Of a stretch of 64,000 nt of DNA, positions 28,398 to 37,316 are shown one piece after another (position 1 is the stretch's first letter; the number at the start of each line of letters is the position of its first letter). Source of the stretch: Kiloniellaceae bacterium (GTDB taxonomy: Bacteria > Pseudomonadota > Alphaproteobacteria > Kiloniellales > J153). The position numbers were made by a program, and so were the translations under genes. The notes beneath the pieces were generated by a model. That model was not told where the DNA came from. It made no database searches and saw only the letters and a list, made by a program, of their open reading frames with translations. The stretch lies in contig JAJFGN010000042.1 of the NCBI GenBank assembly GCA_021776115.1, positions 15,000-78,999 on the forward strand, read 5' to 3'.

Positions 28398-29915
28398 TCA
28401 GGCGACCTTAACCGGGCGCAGGATGAAGGCCGGCGTATGCTCGCCGAAGGAGGCTTCACCGATGGTGGTGTCGATATCGTCCTGTTTCTTGCTGGCCCGG
28501 CGCCGTGGCTTTGCGGCAGCTGGCTTTGGTCTGGCGACGGCGCCGCCGGTCGTGCCGTTGGCGGCCGGGGGTGTCTTTTCCTCCGCAACCGGGGCGTCCT
28601 CAATCGGTGCTGGCGTTTCCGGCTCTGCCGGTACCGCTACCGCTTTGGGTGGCTCTCGCTCGGCTTTTTCGCGCGCTGGCCTTGGCGAGGCCTTGCGGGC
28701 GGTGCCGCGAGATCGTGCCGGTTTGTCGCTGCTCTTGCGCCCGCGTCCGCCGCGTCCGCGGGTTGGGACATCGGCTTCGCTCCAGGGCTCGAAACCCTCG
28801 ACCGCCATCTCCTCGATCCCTCGGCCCAACATGCGGATAACCGCGTCGAGACCTTTGGATTCCTCGGCCAAGGCCAGGGTCACGGCGCGGCCGCTGCGTC
28901 CGGCGCGTCCGGTCCGGCCGATACGGTGGATGTAGTCTTCGGCATGCACCGGCACGTCGAAATTGAAGACGTGCGACACCTTTGGGATATCCAGGCCGCG
29001 CGCGGCCACGTCGGAGCAAACCAGCAGGGGCATCTCGCCGGCCTTGAACTTCGCCAGGGTCTCGGTCCGCGCCGGCTGGGACATGTCGCCATGCAAGGCC
29101 GCGACCTTGTGGCCGTGGCGCTTAAGCGACTTATAGACGATGTCCACGTCCTTCTTGCGGTTGCAGAAGATCAGCGCGCTCGCGACATCTTCGGTTTCCA
29201 GCACGGCCCGAAGCGCCGCCCGTTTATCCTTCTGGTCGCCGCTGACCTTAACCATAACCTGGGTCACGGTTTCGGCGGCGGAGCTGGGCGGATCGACCGA
29301 GATCGCTTTCGGGTTCATCAGGAAAGCGTCGGCCAGGCGCCGAACCTCGGGCGGCATGGTCGCGGAGAAAAACAGGGTCTGACGAATCTTCGGTAACAGG
29401 CCCACGATCCGTTCGACATCGGGAATAAAGCCCATGTCCAGCATGCGGTCGGCCTCGTCGATCACCAGGATCTTGACGTCGGCCAACAGGATCCTGCCGC
29501 GCTCGTACAAATCGAGCAGCCGTCCTGGCGTCGCGATCAGGACGTCGACGCCGCGATCCAGCTTACGCTCCTGATCGGCCAGCGAGGTGCCGCCGGTCAA
29601 AAGCGCCATCGAGAGCTTGCTGTACTTGCCGTATAGCTCGAAGTTCTGCGATACCTGGGCAGCCAATTCACGTGTCGGCGCTAGGATAAGCGACCGCGGC
29701 ATACGCGCCTTGGCGCGCCCGCTGGCCAGGATATCGATCATGGGAAGTGTGAACGACGCGGTTTTTCCGGTCCCGGTCTGGGCGCAGCCTAAAATATCGC
29801 GGCCCATTAGGACGTAGGGAACAGCTTGTGCCTGAATGGGGGTGGGCTCGGCATAGCCGACCTCATCCACCGCCTTTAGGACTTCAGGACTAAGTCCTAG
29901 ATCAGTGAAATTCAT
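28398..29915 (-). CDS. DEAD-box ATP-dependent RNA helicase (RhlE-like) with basic C-terminal extension
   Basis: Q motif/GYAEPTPIQ, AQTGTGKT, DEAD (VIDEADRM), SAT, HRIGRTGRAG. Confidence 0.93.
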   Translation of the reverse strand: MNFTDLGLSPEVLKAVDEVGYAEPTPIQAQAVPYVLMGRDILGCAQTGTGKTASFTLPMIDILASGRAKARMPRSLILAPTRELAAQVSQNFELYGKYSKLSMALLTGGTSLADQERKLDRGVDVLIATPGRLLDLYERGRILLADVKILVIDEADRMLDMGFIPDVERIVGLLPKIRQTLFFSATMPPEVRRLADAFLMNPKAISVDPPSSAAETVTQVMVKVSGDQKDKRAALRAVLETEDVASALIFCNRKKDVDIVYKSLKRHGHKVAALHGDMSQPARTETLAKFKAGEMPLLVCSDVAARGLDIPKVSHVFNFDVPVHAEDYIHRIGRTGRAGRSGRAVTLALAEESKGLDAVIRMLGRGIEEMAVEGFEPWSEADVPTRGRGGRGRKSSDKPARSRGTARKASPRPAREKAEREPPKAVAVPAEPETPAPIEDAPVAEEKTPPAANGTTGGAVARPKPAAAKPRRRASKKQDDIDTTIGEASFGEHTPAFILRPVKVA

Positions 29916-30125
29916 CTATGTTTTATCAATCGGAAGTTTGTTTCTAAGGATGTAACTATGGACAGCAGTTTATTTGATGGTTCACGGTCCATTGTCAACT
30001 GCGGTTATGGGTCAAAACCCCTTATAAACTGTGTATTTCCTTCCTTTCAGACTGCCGCGTAATAAAATATGCCTAAACTGGGGAATATTGTTGGTTTTAT
30101 TTCGTGAGTCGAAATGGTGGGGGAC

Positions 30126-30677
30126 ATGTCCGGTTTACTGATCGAGGCGGCGGCATCCTGTCTAGTCGCAGTCGATTTGCAGGAACGCCTGGCCCCTGCG
30201 ATATCGGGGCGGGACAAAGTGGTGCGCAAGGCCGCTCTCTTGCTGCGCGCCGCCGCGCGCCTGAAGGTGCCGGTTCTTCTGACCGAGCAGTACCCCAAAG
30301 GTTTGGGCGGCACCTTGCCGGAAATCCTTCAACTCGCGCCCGGTGCGGACAAGGTGGAGAAGATCGCCTTCTCTTCGCTTGCCGATCCGGGATTTCTAGA
30401 ACGCTATCGCGCGCTGGGCCGGCGCCAGGTGGTGTTGCTCGGCACCGAGGCGCACGTGTGCATGCTGCAGACCGGCCTAGACATGCTGAGCGACGGCGCC
30501 GCGCTCTTTGTCGTGGCGGACGCGGTCGGCTCGCGCGATCCGGCCGATGCGCGGGCGGCGCTGCAACGGCTGGAGCGGGCAGGGGCGACGATCGTGACCG
30601 CGGAGATGGTTGTGTTCGAGTGGCTGCGCCGCGCGGGCACGGAAGACTTTCGCCACCTGTTACGCTACATCAAGTAA
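30126..30677 (+). CDS. Isochorismatase-family cysteine hydrolase
   Basis: LVAVDLQERL..., VLLTEQYPKGLG, VVLLGTEAHVCMLQT (catalytic Cys context). About 183 aa. Confidence 0.8.
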   Translation: MSGLLIEAAASCLVAVDLQERLAPAISGRDKVVRKAALLLRAAARLKVPVLLTEQYPKGLGGTLPEILQLAPGADKVEKIAFSSLADPGFLERYRALGRRQVVLLGTEAHVCMLQTGLDMLSDGAALFVVADAVGSRDPADARAALQRLERAGATIVTAEMVVFEWLRRAGTEDFRHLLRYIK

Positions 30678-30724
30678 CGCTTGTTCAAGGGTGCGCCTTT
30701 CCCAATGACGTCTAGACCGACCGC

Positions 30725-31438
30725 ATGACACAACGCGTGCCGCTGTCCCTGCTGCCGGGCTTGCTGCTCGACGCCGGCCTTTGGCGGGCCCAGACGGAGG
30801 CTCTCGCGGACACCGCCGACTGCCGGGTCGCCGACTTTTCGACGCAGGATAATGTCGCGGACATGGCTCGCTCGGTCCTCGCGGCAATGCCGGAGCGTTT
30901 TGCCCTCGCCGGCTTGTCCATGGGCGGGTACGTCGCGCTCGAAATCATGCGCCAAGCGCCGCACCGTGTCGCCCTGCTGGCGCTGCTGGACACCAAGGCG
31001 CGATTGGACGTACCGGAAGAGACGCGCCGCCGGCGCGGCCTGATCGAACTGGCGCAAAAGGGCAAATTCCGCGGCGTTACCCGCATGCTCCTGCCCATGC
31101 TGGTTCACGAAGACGCGCTCGGCGACGAGGCCGTGACGGGTGAAATCATGGCCATGGCCGAGCGGTGCGGCCGCGACGTGTTCGTGCGTCAGCAAACCGC
31201 CATCATGACTCGGCCCGACAGCTTGCCGGGCTTGCCGCGCATTGCCTGCACGACCTTGGTCCTGTGCGGCCGCGAGGATGTCCGCACGCCGCTCGCGTGT
31301 CACGAGGAATTGGTCCGGGGTATTCACAGCGCGAGTCTGACCGTTATCGACGGGTGCGGTCACTTGCCGCCATTGGAAAAACCAACCGAAGTCAATCGGG
31401 CTTTACGCACATGGCTGTCCGCCTGGCCGCGAGGTTAG
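30725..31438 (+). CDS. Alpha/beta-fold hydrolase
   Basis: Nucleophile elbow GLSMGG, C-terminal GHLPPLEKP block, 237 aa. Confidence 0.85.
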   Translation: MTQRVPLSLLPGLLLDAGLWRAQTEALADTADCRVADFSTQDNVADMARSVLAAMPERFALAGLSMGGYVALEIMRQAPHRVALLALLDTKARLDVPEETRRRRGLIELAQKGKFRGVTRMLLPMLVHEDALGDEAVTGEIMAMAERCGRDVFVRQQTAIMTRPDSLPGLPRIACTTLVLCGREDVRTPLACHEELVRGIHSASLTVIDGCGHLPPLEKPTEVNRALRTWLSAWPRG

Positions 31439-31995
31439 AGATCGAACGCCGAGGAACTGCCCAGGATATTGTCGTTCTTGGAGGGGAACAGCTCGCGCGT
31501 TATCTGGCGCAGCAACCCTTTGAGCGCCGGGTCGTTGTGACCGGCCGCCGTTTGAGCCAAACGCGCGCTCACCGAAGTCTCGCGGGAGCTTCCTGCACAC
31601 AGCGCGGCCATAACCTGGATCGGTCCGTCGGCCTGGCGGCTGCTCGGCGCGGTTTCTTCGCAAAGATTCTGAGGTGAGGAACCGGGCTTGGCATTGAACA
31701 CCATAACGACCCGGTAGGGTGAGCCGTTATTCGGCTCCTTTTGGGTTGAGAACCGGAGTGGCTGCCCAAAGTTCGCGCCGGCCATCGCACCGGTTACCGT
31801 GCGTTCGAATTCGGCCTGCGACGCTTGAAAGGGGTTGCCGACAACCTGGGTGTATACGGGACCTTTAGCGGCGATGTAGTTGACGGTCTTGGGATCCCAT
31901 GTGCTCACATAAGTCGGGTCTAGCGCGCTGGCAGCACAGGCCGATAGCCCGCCGGCAAGAACCAAACTGGAAGTTAGTCGTGCAAAACCCGTCAT
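31435..31995 (-). CDS. Putative lipoprotein, unknown function
   Basis: MTGFARLTSSLVLAGGLSAC lipobox. GGAGG lies 9 nt upstream of ATG 31995. No family recognised. Confidence 0.55.
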   Translation of the reverse strand: MTGFARLTSSLVLAGGLSACAASALDPTYVSTWDPKTVNYIAAKGPVYTQVVGNPFQASQAEFERTVTGAMAGANFGQPLRFSTQKEPNNGSPYRVVMVFNAKPGSSPQNLCEETAPSSRQADGPIQVMAALCAGSSRETSVSARLAQTAAGHNDPALKGLLRQITRELFPSKNDNILGSSSAFDL

Positions 31996-32256
31996 CGAAT
32001 ACATCCTCCGTCGGCAACGATGAGACCTAGCATACCGCATTTGAGTGCGAATTCGGATCGCGACAATTCACGATTACGCGAAGCTTTGAAGTCGGCCTGA
32101 CGGACGCTTGCTTACATTGTTCGCGAGGCACTGAAAAGGCCTTGGCGGACGACGACCCCACTTAAAGGGGATTCCCGAACCGTCCTTTTTTGGCGGCAAG
32201 AAAAGAGGGGGGAGCTTGAGGCTCCCCCTGACCATCCCTCGCCGGCGGATCGGCGG

Positions 32257-33432
32257 CTACTTGCCGATGGTATGGGTGCTCGCGATCCCGGCGTAGGCTG
32301 CCTTGTCGGCGTCGGCATGGCAGCGCATGCACGCGAACTCCAGGCTCAGCGCATTCTTGGCCTTCTTGCCGTCGTCGCTGAACATGGTGTAGTCGGCGGC
32401 CTTGTTGATGCGGAACAGGTGAGTCCAGACGTCGCCCTCATAGGGGCCGTTCTTGATCGCCGATTTGGTCGCCCGGCCCATGTGGCAATCCTGGCAGCTG
32501 ACGCTGGCCTTCTCCATCGTACTGCCCGTGTAGGCCTTCCTTTGCTTGGCGTGGCAGGTATCGCAGACCTCCTTCTTGCCCTCGCGCACCTTGATGCCGC
32601 TGGCCCGCGTGTCGTGCGGATCGTGACAGCTGCCGCAGGAGAGCTTCGCGTGCGGGCTATTCAGGTGCTCTGGGTACTGTTCGTGGTGGCGGATAAAGCC
32701 GCCCGCAGCGATGGTCACATTGGGGTCCTTGCCGCGGACATGGCAGGATCCGCACTGCGCGGCCTTTTTGTCGATCTTGATGTTGGCCTTGGTCGGCTTC
32801 TTGGCGTGCGCCGCGCCCGGCCCATGACAGGCCTCGCAGGTGATGTTGAATTGGGCCCAGTCGCCTTTGATACCCGGAAGCCCGGCCTTGGAGACACCGG
32901 GGAAGCCCTTCTCGTTGAACACCTTGCCATCGATCTGGTAACCCGTGGTATGGCAGGTGCCGCAGGAAAACTGTTTCGTTTCGTCCTTGTGGTAGTTGCT
33001 CCACGACCCATCCGACCAGTTGTATTGGTTCTTGCCGTTCTTGGTGAGGATGTGCCCGTCGCTGCCGACAAAACGGGTCTTCCAGTGCTTGCTGGCGCCG
33101 ATGATGAAGAGGACGTTGTCCCAGTTGTAGACATCCTTGTCGTGATCGGGCAGCAGGAAGCCGCCGTCGCGGGCGTTGCCGAACAGGCCGAAGCGGCCAT
33201 CCAGGGCGCCGATGGCGGGGCCGCCGATGGCCAGCTTGCGGCTGTGGCCGTGGCTGAGCCAGGCGTCGAGCGCTTCGGCGTGGCATTGGCCGCAAACCTG
33301 GGGCCCTTCCGTGTAGGCCGCGTCGCCGTTGAGGCCCGCGGCCGCTGCCGGCGTGCTGGCCAGTGAAAGCACCAGTGCCGCCGGGAAGAGAAGACAGATC
33401 GGCATCAACGAGGGGAGGGAGATTTTTGTCAT
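32257..33432 (-). CDS. Periplasmic octahaem c-type cytochrome
   Basis: Signal peptide and eight CXXCH motifs (CGQCH, CGTCH, CEACH, CGSCH, CGSCH, CDTCH, CQDCH, CMRCH). AGGAG lies 6 nt upstream of the ATG. Confidence 0.85.
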   Translation of the reverse strand: MTKISLPSLMPICLLFPAALVLSLASTPAAAAGLNGDAAYTEGPQVCGQCHAEALDAWLSHGHSRKLAIGGPAIGALDGRFGLFGNARDGGFLLPDHDKDVYNWDNVLFIIGASKHWKTRFVGSDGHILTKNGKNQYNWSDGSWSNYHKDETKQFSCGTCHTTGYQIDGKVFNEKGFPGVSKAGLPGIKGDWAQFNITCEACHGPGAAHAKKPTKANIKIDKKAAQCGSCHVRGKDPNVTIAAGGFIRHHEQYPEHLNSPHAKLSCGSCHDPHDTRASGIKVREGKKEVCDTCHAKQRKAYTGSTMEKASVSCQDCHMGRATKSAIKNGPYEGDVWTHLFRINKAADYTMFSDDGKKAKNALSLEFACMRCHADADKAAYAGIASTHTIGK

Positions 33433-33747
33433 GACTGGCTCCTATGTGTTAGGGGCCGGCACCGAGGGAAGGCCTTAGCTTGGAGATTCAAAGCAATCCG
33501 GCGGACCGCCTGGAGATGCGTGCCCAAGGACACGTCCTGTATGACATCGTCAACTCGCGAAGGATTATGCATCCCTGCCTTAGCGTCAATGACCCCGATC
33601 AATTGCAGGGCGAAAATGCTTGACCTGACCCGGCGGGATCTCCCTGCGCGAGGATTGCCCCAACCGCCGTTACCCTCGATGGCACCGGTTTCCACCGGTT
33701 TCTCTAGGTCGATCCGATGCCCGACTCCGGTACCGCCGTGCCGGGTT

Positions 33748-34959
33748 TTATCTCGCGGGTTGGTTCGCATATAGCGAAGCGACGCTTTCGATGATCGCCT
33801 CGCTATAGGGCAGGCTCATCCTGTGCATCATGGAGCTGCCGCGCTTGCCGTCGCGATACGCCCTCAGGGCCTTAACGAGATAGTCCTTGTCCTGCCCGCT
33901 GATCTTCGGAATCGCCATCGTCGGATTCTTAACCTCCGCGCCGTGGCAACGGTTGCATTTCGCGGCTAACTCCGGCGCGGTTATCGGCCTGCTCTCTGCC
34001 GACGCGGATTGCTGTGTCGCATAAAACGCCGCGAGATTCGCGATCTCTTTGTCGGTGTCGTCGATGAGCATCCCATCGTGCTGGCGAGACCGGTCGCGGT
34101 AGGCCTTGATCGCGCCGACCAGGTATAGCGGGTCCTGGGCGGCAAGGCTCGGCGTTGCCGTATCGTGGCTCACCCCGCGCGCGCCGTGGCAACCGCCGCA
34201 GCGGGCGCTTAGCGGCTCGCCGGCGGCGGCGTCGCCGAAGGTGGGCGCGTCCCGCCGTGCCGGAGTTTGAGTCGCGTAGTACATGGCCAAGCTCTCGATA
34301 TCGACATGGCTCAGTTCGCGCAGCATCTCCTTGCCGGAAATGCTGCGTCTGCCGTCCAGATAGGCCCGCACGGCAGAGACAAAATAAAGCGGCTGTTGGC
34401 CGGCCAGACTCGGCGTGCCGGAAGTCTTGCTGTTGCCGTCGTCGCCATGGCAATTGGCGCAGACGCCGGCCTGTGCCTTGCCCTTTTCGTAGGGAGACAT
34501 GAGATCTTCCGGCTTCATTTCAGCGACGCCCTCGAGCGGCGGCAGACTGGCGTAGTAGCCAGCGACGTTGCGGATCTCCGCGCTGCTCAGCTCCTTCGTC
34601 ATGTCCCGGAGGGCGGCATGCGTCCGCTTTTCCTCCTTGTAGGCAACTAGCGACTCGAACAGATACTGGTCGACCTGGGCCGCCATGTGAGGGATACCGG
34701 GCGCCCGGCCCCTCCCGTCCAGGCTATGGCAGCCGACGCACTGCGCCTCCGCCACGGATTTGCCAGCGCCGATATCCGGGGGCACCATGGCGGTCTTCGT
34801 ATCCTCGCCGCACCCGATCAGCACCAATGGCAGCACGATACCCAATGCAAAGCGCCTCACGAACCGTCTCGGACTGGAGCCCGATCGAAGAACCGGTGAG
34901 AGTATGGCCCGGCTCTCGGTGAAAACGGCCCTGTAGGTTCCCTTGTGCATGCGTGCCAT
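33748..34959 (-). CDS. Lipoprotein with four class-I (c4/c553-like) cytochrome c domains
   Basis: Lipobox LVLIGC. Four ~90-aa repeats each carry one CXXCH (CVGCH, CANCH, CGGCH, CNRCH) and a downstream AYxxGxR....M block. The ATG at 34959 is preceded by GGAGA; an upstream GTG at 34974 is also possible. Confidence 0.8.
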   Translation of the reverse strand: MARMHKGTYRAVFTESRAILSPVLRSGSSPRRFVRRFALGIVLPLVLIGCGEDTKTAMVPPDIGAGKSVAEAQCVGCHSLDGRGRAPGIPHMAAQVDQYLFESLVAYKEEKRTHAALRDMTKELSSAEIRNVAGYYASLPPLEGVAEMKPEDLMSPYEKGKAQAGVCANCHGDDGNSKTSGTPSLAGQQPLYFVSAVRAYLDGRRSISGKEMLRELSHVDIESLAMYYATQTPARRDAPTFGDAAAGEPLSARCGGCHGARGVSHDTATPSLAAQDPLYLVGAIKAYRDRSRQHDGMLIDDTDKEIANLAAFYATQQSASAESRPITAPELAAKCNRCHGAEVKNPTMAIPKISGQDKDYLVKALRAYRDGKRGSSMMHRMSLPYSEAIIESVASLYANQPAR

Positions 34960-34992
34960 CGATAAGGTCTCCACAATATGGCGGTCTCGCTT

Positions 34993-36987
34993 CTACCCGG
35001 ACACCGTATGTCCCCAGAAGCCGACCAAAACCAGGACGAGCAGCGTCAGTCCGATCAGGATCAATGTGGCCCCCAATACCTTGGAAGCCCGCGTCATCGG
35101 CCGCGACGGCGCGTCCACCAGATATTTCTCGAACTCTCCGCTTTCGACCAGACGCCGGTATTCCAATGTGTGCTCGCGTTTGTACTCCTCCAACGGCATG
35201 GCTCCCGTGAACATCAAGATATCCATCGGAAACTTGTCCGGCCTGAAATGGACGTTGAAAAAGTGAACCGAGAACAAGAACACGGCTGCAAGGAACGCCT
35301 CCTCCCCGTGAACGAGGGTCGCCACATTGAACACCCACCCGGGCAGAACGGAGGCCGTTACCTGCGGAAACCACAACATCGCTCCACTCAAGCCGATGAT
35401 CACCATGCCCCAGAACGGCGCCCAGTAGTCGAATTTCTTCCAGTAGGTCCAGCGGTCGAAGATCGGCCGCGATCCCATGCCGAAGAACCACTTGAACATG
35501 GCCACCACATCCCACAGGTCTTGCAGGTTCGGCACCGTCGAGTTGGGCCCGAAGAACTTGAAGGTTTTCCAGTTCCGGATGACGTGGGTCAGAACGTACA
35601 CGAGATGCCCGACGAATATGAAGATGAAGGCCGCTGCGGCGAATCTGTGGATCAACGCCGCGACTTTGGGGCCACCGAGCAGCTTCATGACTAGCTGCGC
35701 CCAGCCCGAATCCGCATAGAGCACCGCAGTCCCGGTCAGGACTAGCGTCATTATGGCGATCGCAAAGATGAGGTGGGCGAGCCGCCAGAGGGCGGGCCAG
35801 CGCTTGACATACTTCTTTTCGCCCTGCGGCAACTCGTTGATCTGCACGTGCGGCCTGTTCTTGGCTTCCGCGCGGTCTCTGTACTCCCGGTAGAACCACA
35901 GCGCCGAGTGAGTCCAGAAGAAGGCGAAGACGCCGGAGAGCAGCGCGATCATGCCCTTGGAGGCGAGCCACAAATACGGATAGCGTTCGAAGTCTTTGGT
36001 ATTGCCGTGCGGCTGGAAGGTGGTGAACCCGGCGACCGCGTCCTCATGACATTTCCGGCAGGTGGTAAGGCGGTTGGTCCCGTACACCTGCGATGCCGGG
36101 TCGTCCACCCTTTGAATTTCGTGGTAACCGTGGCAGTCGAAGCATTTGGCTGTATAGGCATAGCCCAAGGTGCTCACCTGGCCGTGGTACGTACCGGTAT
36201 AGGTTTCCAGCTCTTCTTCGTGGCAGTTCCCGCAATTCTTGGTAATCGCCAGTTCGACCGAGCCACCGTTACTGCCGGTCGGAGATTCGATGTCATGCGT
36301 GGTATGGCAGTCTGTGCAGACGGCTGCGAAAGGATTGGCGTTAACGGAAATCTCCTTGCCGTGCACTGAGGTCAGATAGGCAGCCTTTTGCTCGGTATGA
36401 CACCTCCCGCAGATGTTCGGAATCTCCAGCCGCGATTCCGCACCGATCGTGCTTTCGATCGGAACGACATAGTGGGCATTGTGGCAGTCATAGCAGGTTG
36501 CGTTGGTTCGCGACTGGTCGTCCATATTGGGCCGGGCGTGGATCGACGCCCAGTAGCTCTCGATCTGCCGCACCACCTTGCCCAACGTGGCGTTTTCCGC
36601 CATCTTGCCCTCGCGCAGGGCTGTTTCCCATAGGCTCTGGTGGCACTTGACGCAGCCGACCACTCGATCGACGTTCTCCCGGTGCGGGATCTCGACGACG
36701 TCCTTGTGGCACTCCACGCAAGCGCGCTTCCCATGCACGCTCTCTCCGAATCTCTCCGGCTCTATATGCAGCTGGCGCATTTCACCGCCGGGGCCGGGTT
36801 CGGCAAAATCTTCGATGCCGTGACAACCCAGGCACAATTCGCTGTCAAGCAATTCGGCGTCGCTTTCGGCCGCCGTGTCAGCGCTTGGGGTCGTCTGCGC
36901 CTCGGCTCGCGCCGACCAACCGCCGGTCGCGACCGCCAACAAAACACTGCTCGCAAGGGCCCAAGTCAGAAATCTGGAAGCGCGCAT
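34993..36987 (-). CDS. CbcL-like fusion: periplasmic nine-haem c-type cytochrome domain plus membrane cytochrome-b (FdnI/HydC-like) domain
   Basis: Signal peptide and nine CXXCH motifs (CLGCH, CVECH, CVKCH, CYDCH, CGRCH, CTDCH, CGNCH, CFDCH, CRKCH) in residues 1-330. About six hydrophobic helices follow, with conserved His residues (WRLAHLIF, ALIHRFAAAAFIFIFVGHLVY, ATLVHGEEAFLAAVFLFSVHFFNVHF). Confidence 0.85.
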   Translation of the reverse strand: MRASRFLTWALASSVLLAVATGGWSARAEAQTTPSADTAAESDAELLDSELCLGCHGIEDFAEPGPGGEMRQLHIEPERFGESVHGKRACVECHKDVVEIPHRENVDRVVGCVKCHQSLWETALREGKMAENATLGKVVRQIESYWASIHARPNMDDQSRTNATCYDCHNAHYVVPIESTIGAESRLEIPNICGRCHTEQKAAYLTSVHGKEISVNANPFAAVCTDCHTTHDIESPTGSNGGSVELAITKNCGNCHEEELETYTGTYHGQVSTLGYAYTAKCFDCHGYHEIQRVDDPASQVYGTNRLTTCRKCHEDAVAGFTTFQPHGNTKDFERYPYLWLASKGMIALLSGVFAFFWTHSALWFYREYRDRAEAKNRPHVQINELPQGEKKYVKRWPALWRLAHLIFAIAIMTLVLTGTAVLYADSGWAQLVMKLLGGPKVAALIHRFAAAAFIFIFVGHLVYVLTHVIRNWKTFKFFGPNSTVPNLQDLWDVVAMFKWFFGMGSRPIFDRWTYWKKFDYWAPFWGMVIIGLSGAMLWFPQVTASVLPGWVFNVATLVHGEEAFLAAVFLFSVHFFNVHFRPDKFPMDILMFTGAMPLEEYKREHTLEYRRLVESGEFEKYLVDAPSRPMTRASKVLGATLILIGLTLLVLVLVGFWGHTVSG

Positions 36988-37056
36988 AATCGTGACCGGA
37001 GCCCCCAGTTGATGTCCATCGACAACGCAATCTGCGTAGATATCGCAATAGAAACA

Positions 37057-37070
37057 TTGACCTAAGTCAA
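37057..37070. promoter_or_regulatory. FNR/FixK (CRP-FNR family) box TTGACCTAAGTCAA
   Basis: Perfect TTGA-N6-TCAA palindrome, centred about 77 bp upstream of the ATG of the CbcL-like gene. It lies in the 329-bp spacer between that gene and parE. Confidence 0.45.
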
Positions 37071-37316
37071 ACGCAGCGATTATTCCGTTTTACCCGGAAG
37101 ACCCGTGGTGGGTCAAATCGCACGGCAGCACTGCGCCCGCACAGGCCAGGCTTGGCGGTCCTCGATATGGAGAGGTGGACCGCTTGGCCGTTTCCTAGAG
37201 CAGGGGTCCGGCAGGGCGCGGGACCCGGCCATCCCTCGAATCGGTTTATGTGCCTGTCCAGACGCGACCCCGAGACGCTGGAAAGGTCTTCGCGGGCGGG
37301 TCGTTGCGGATTTTCT

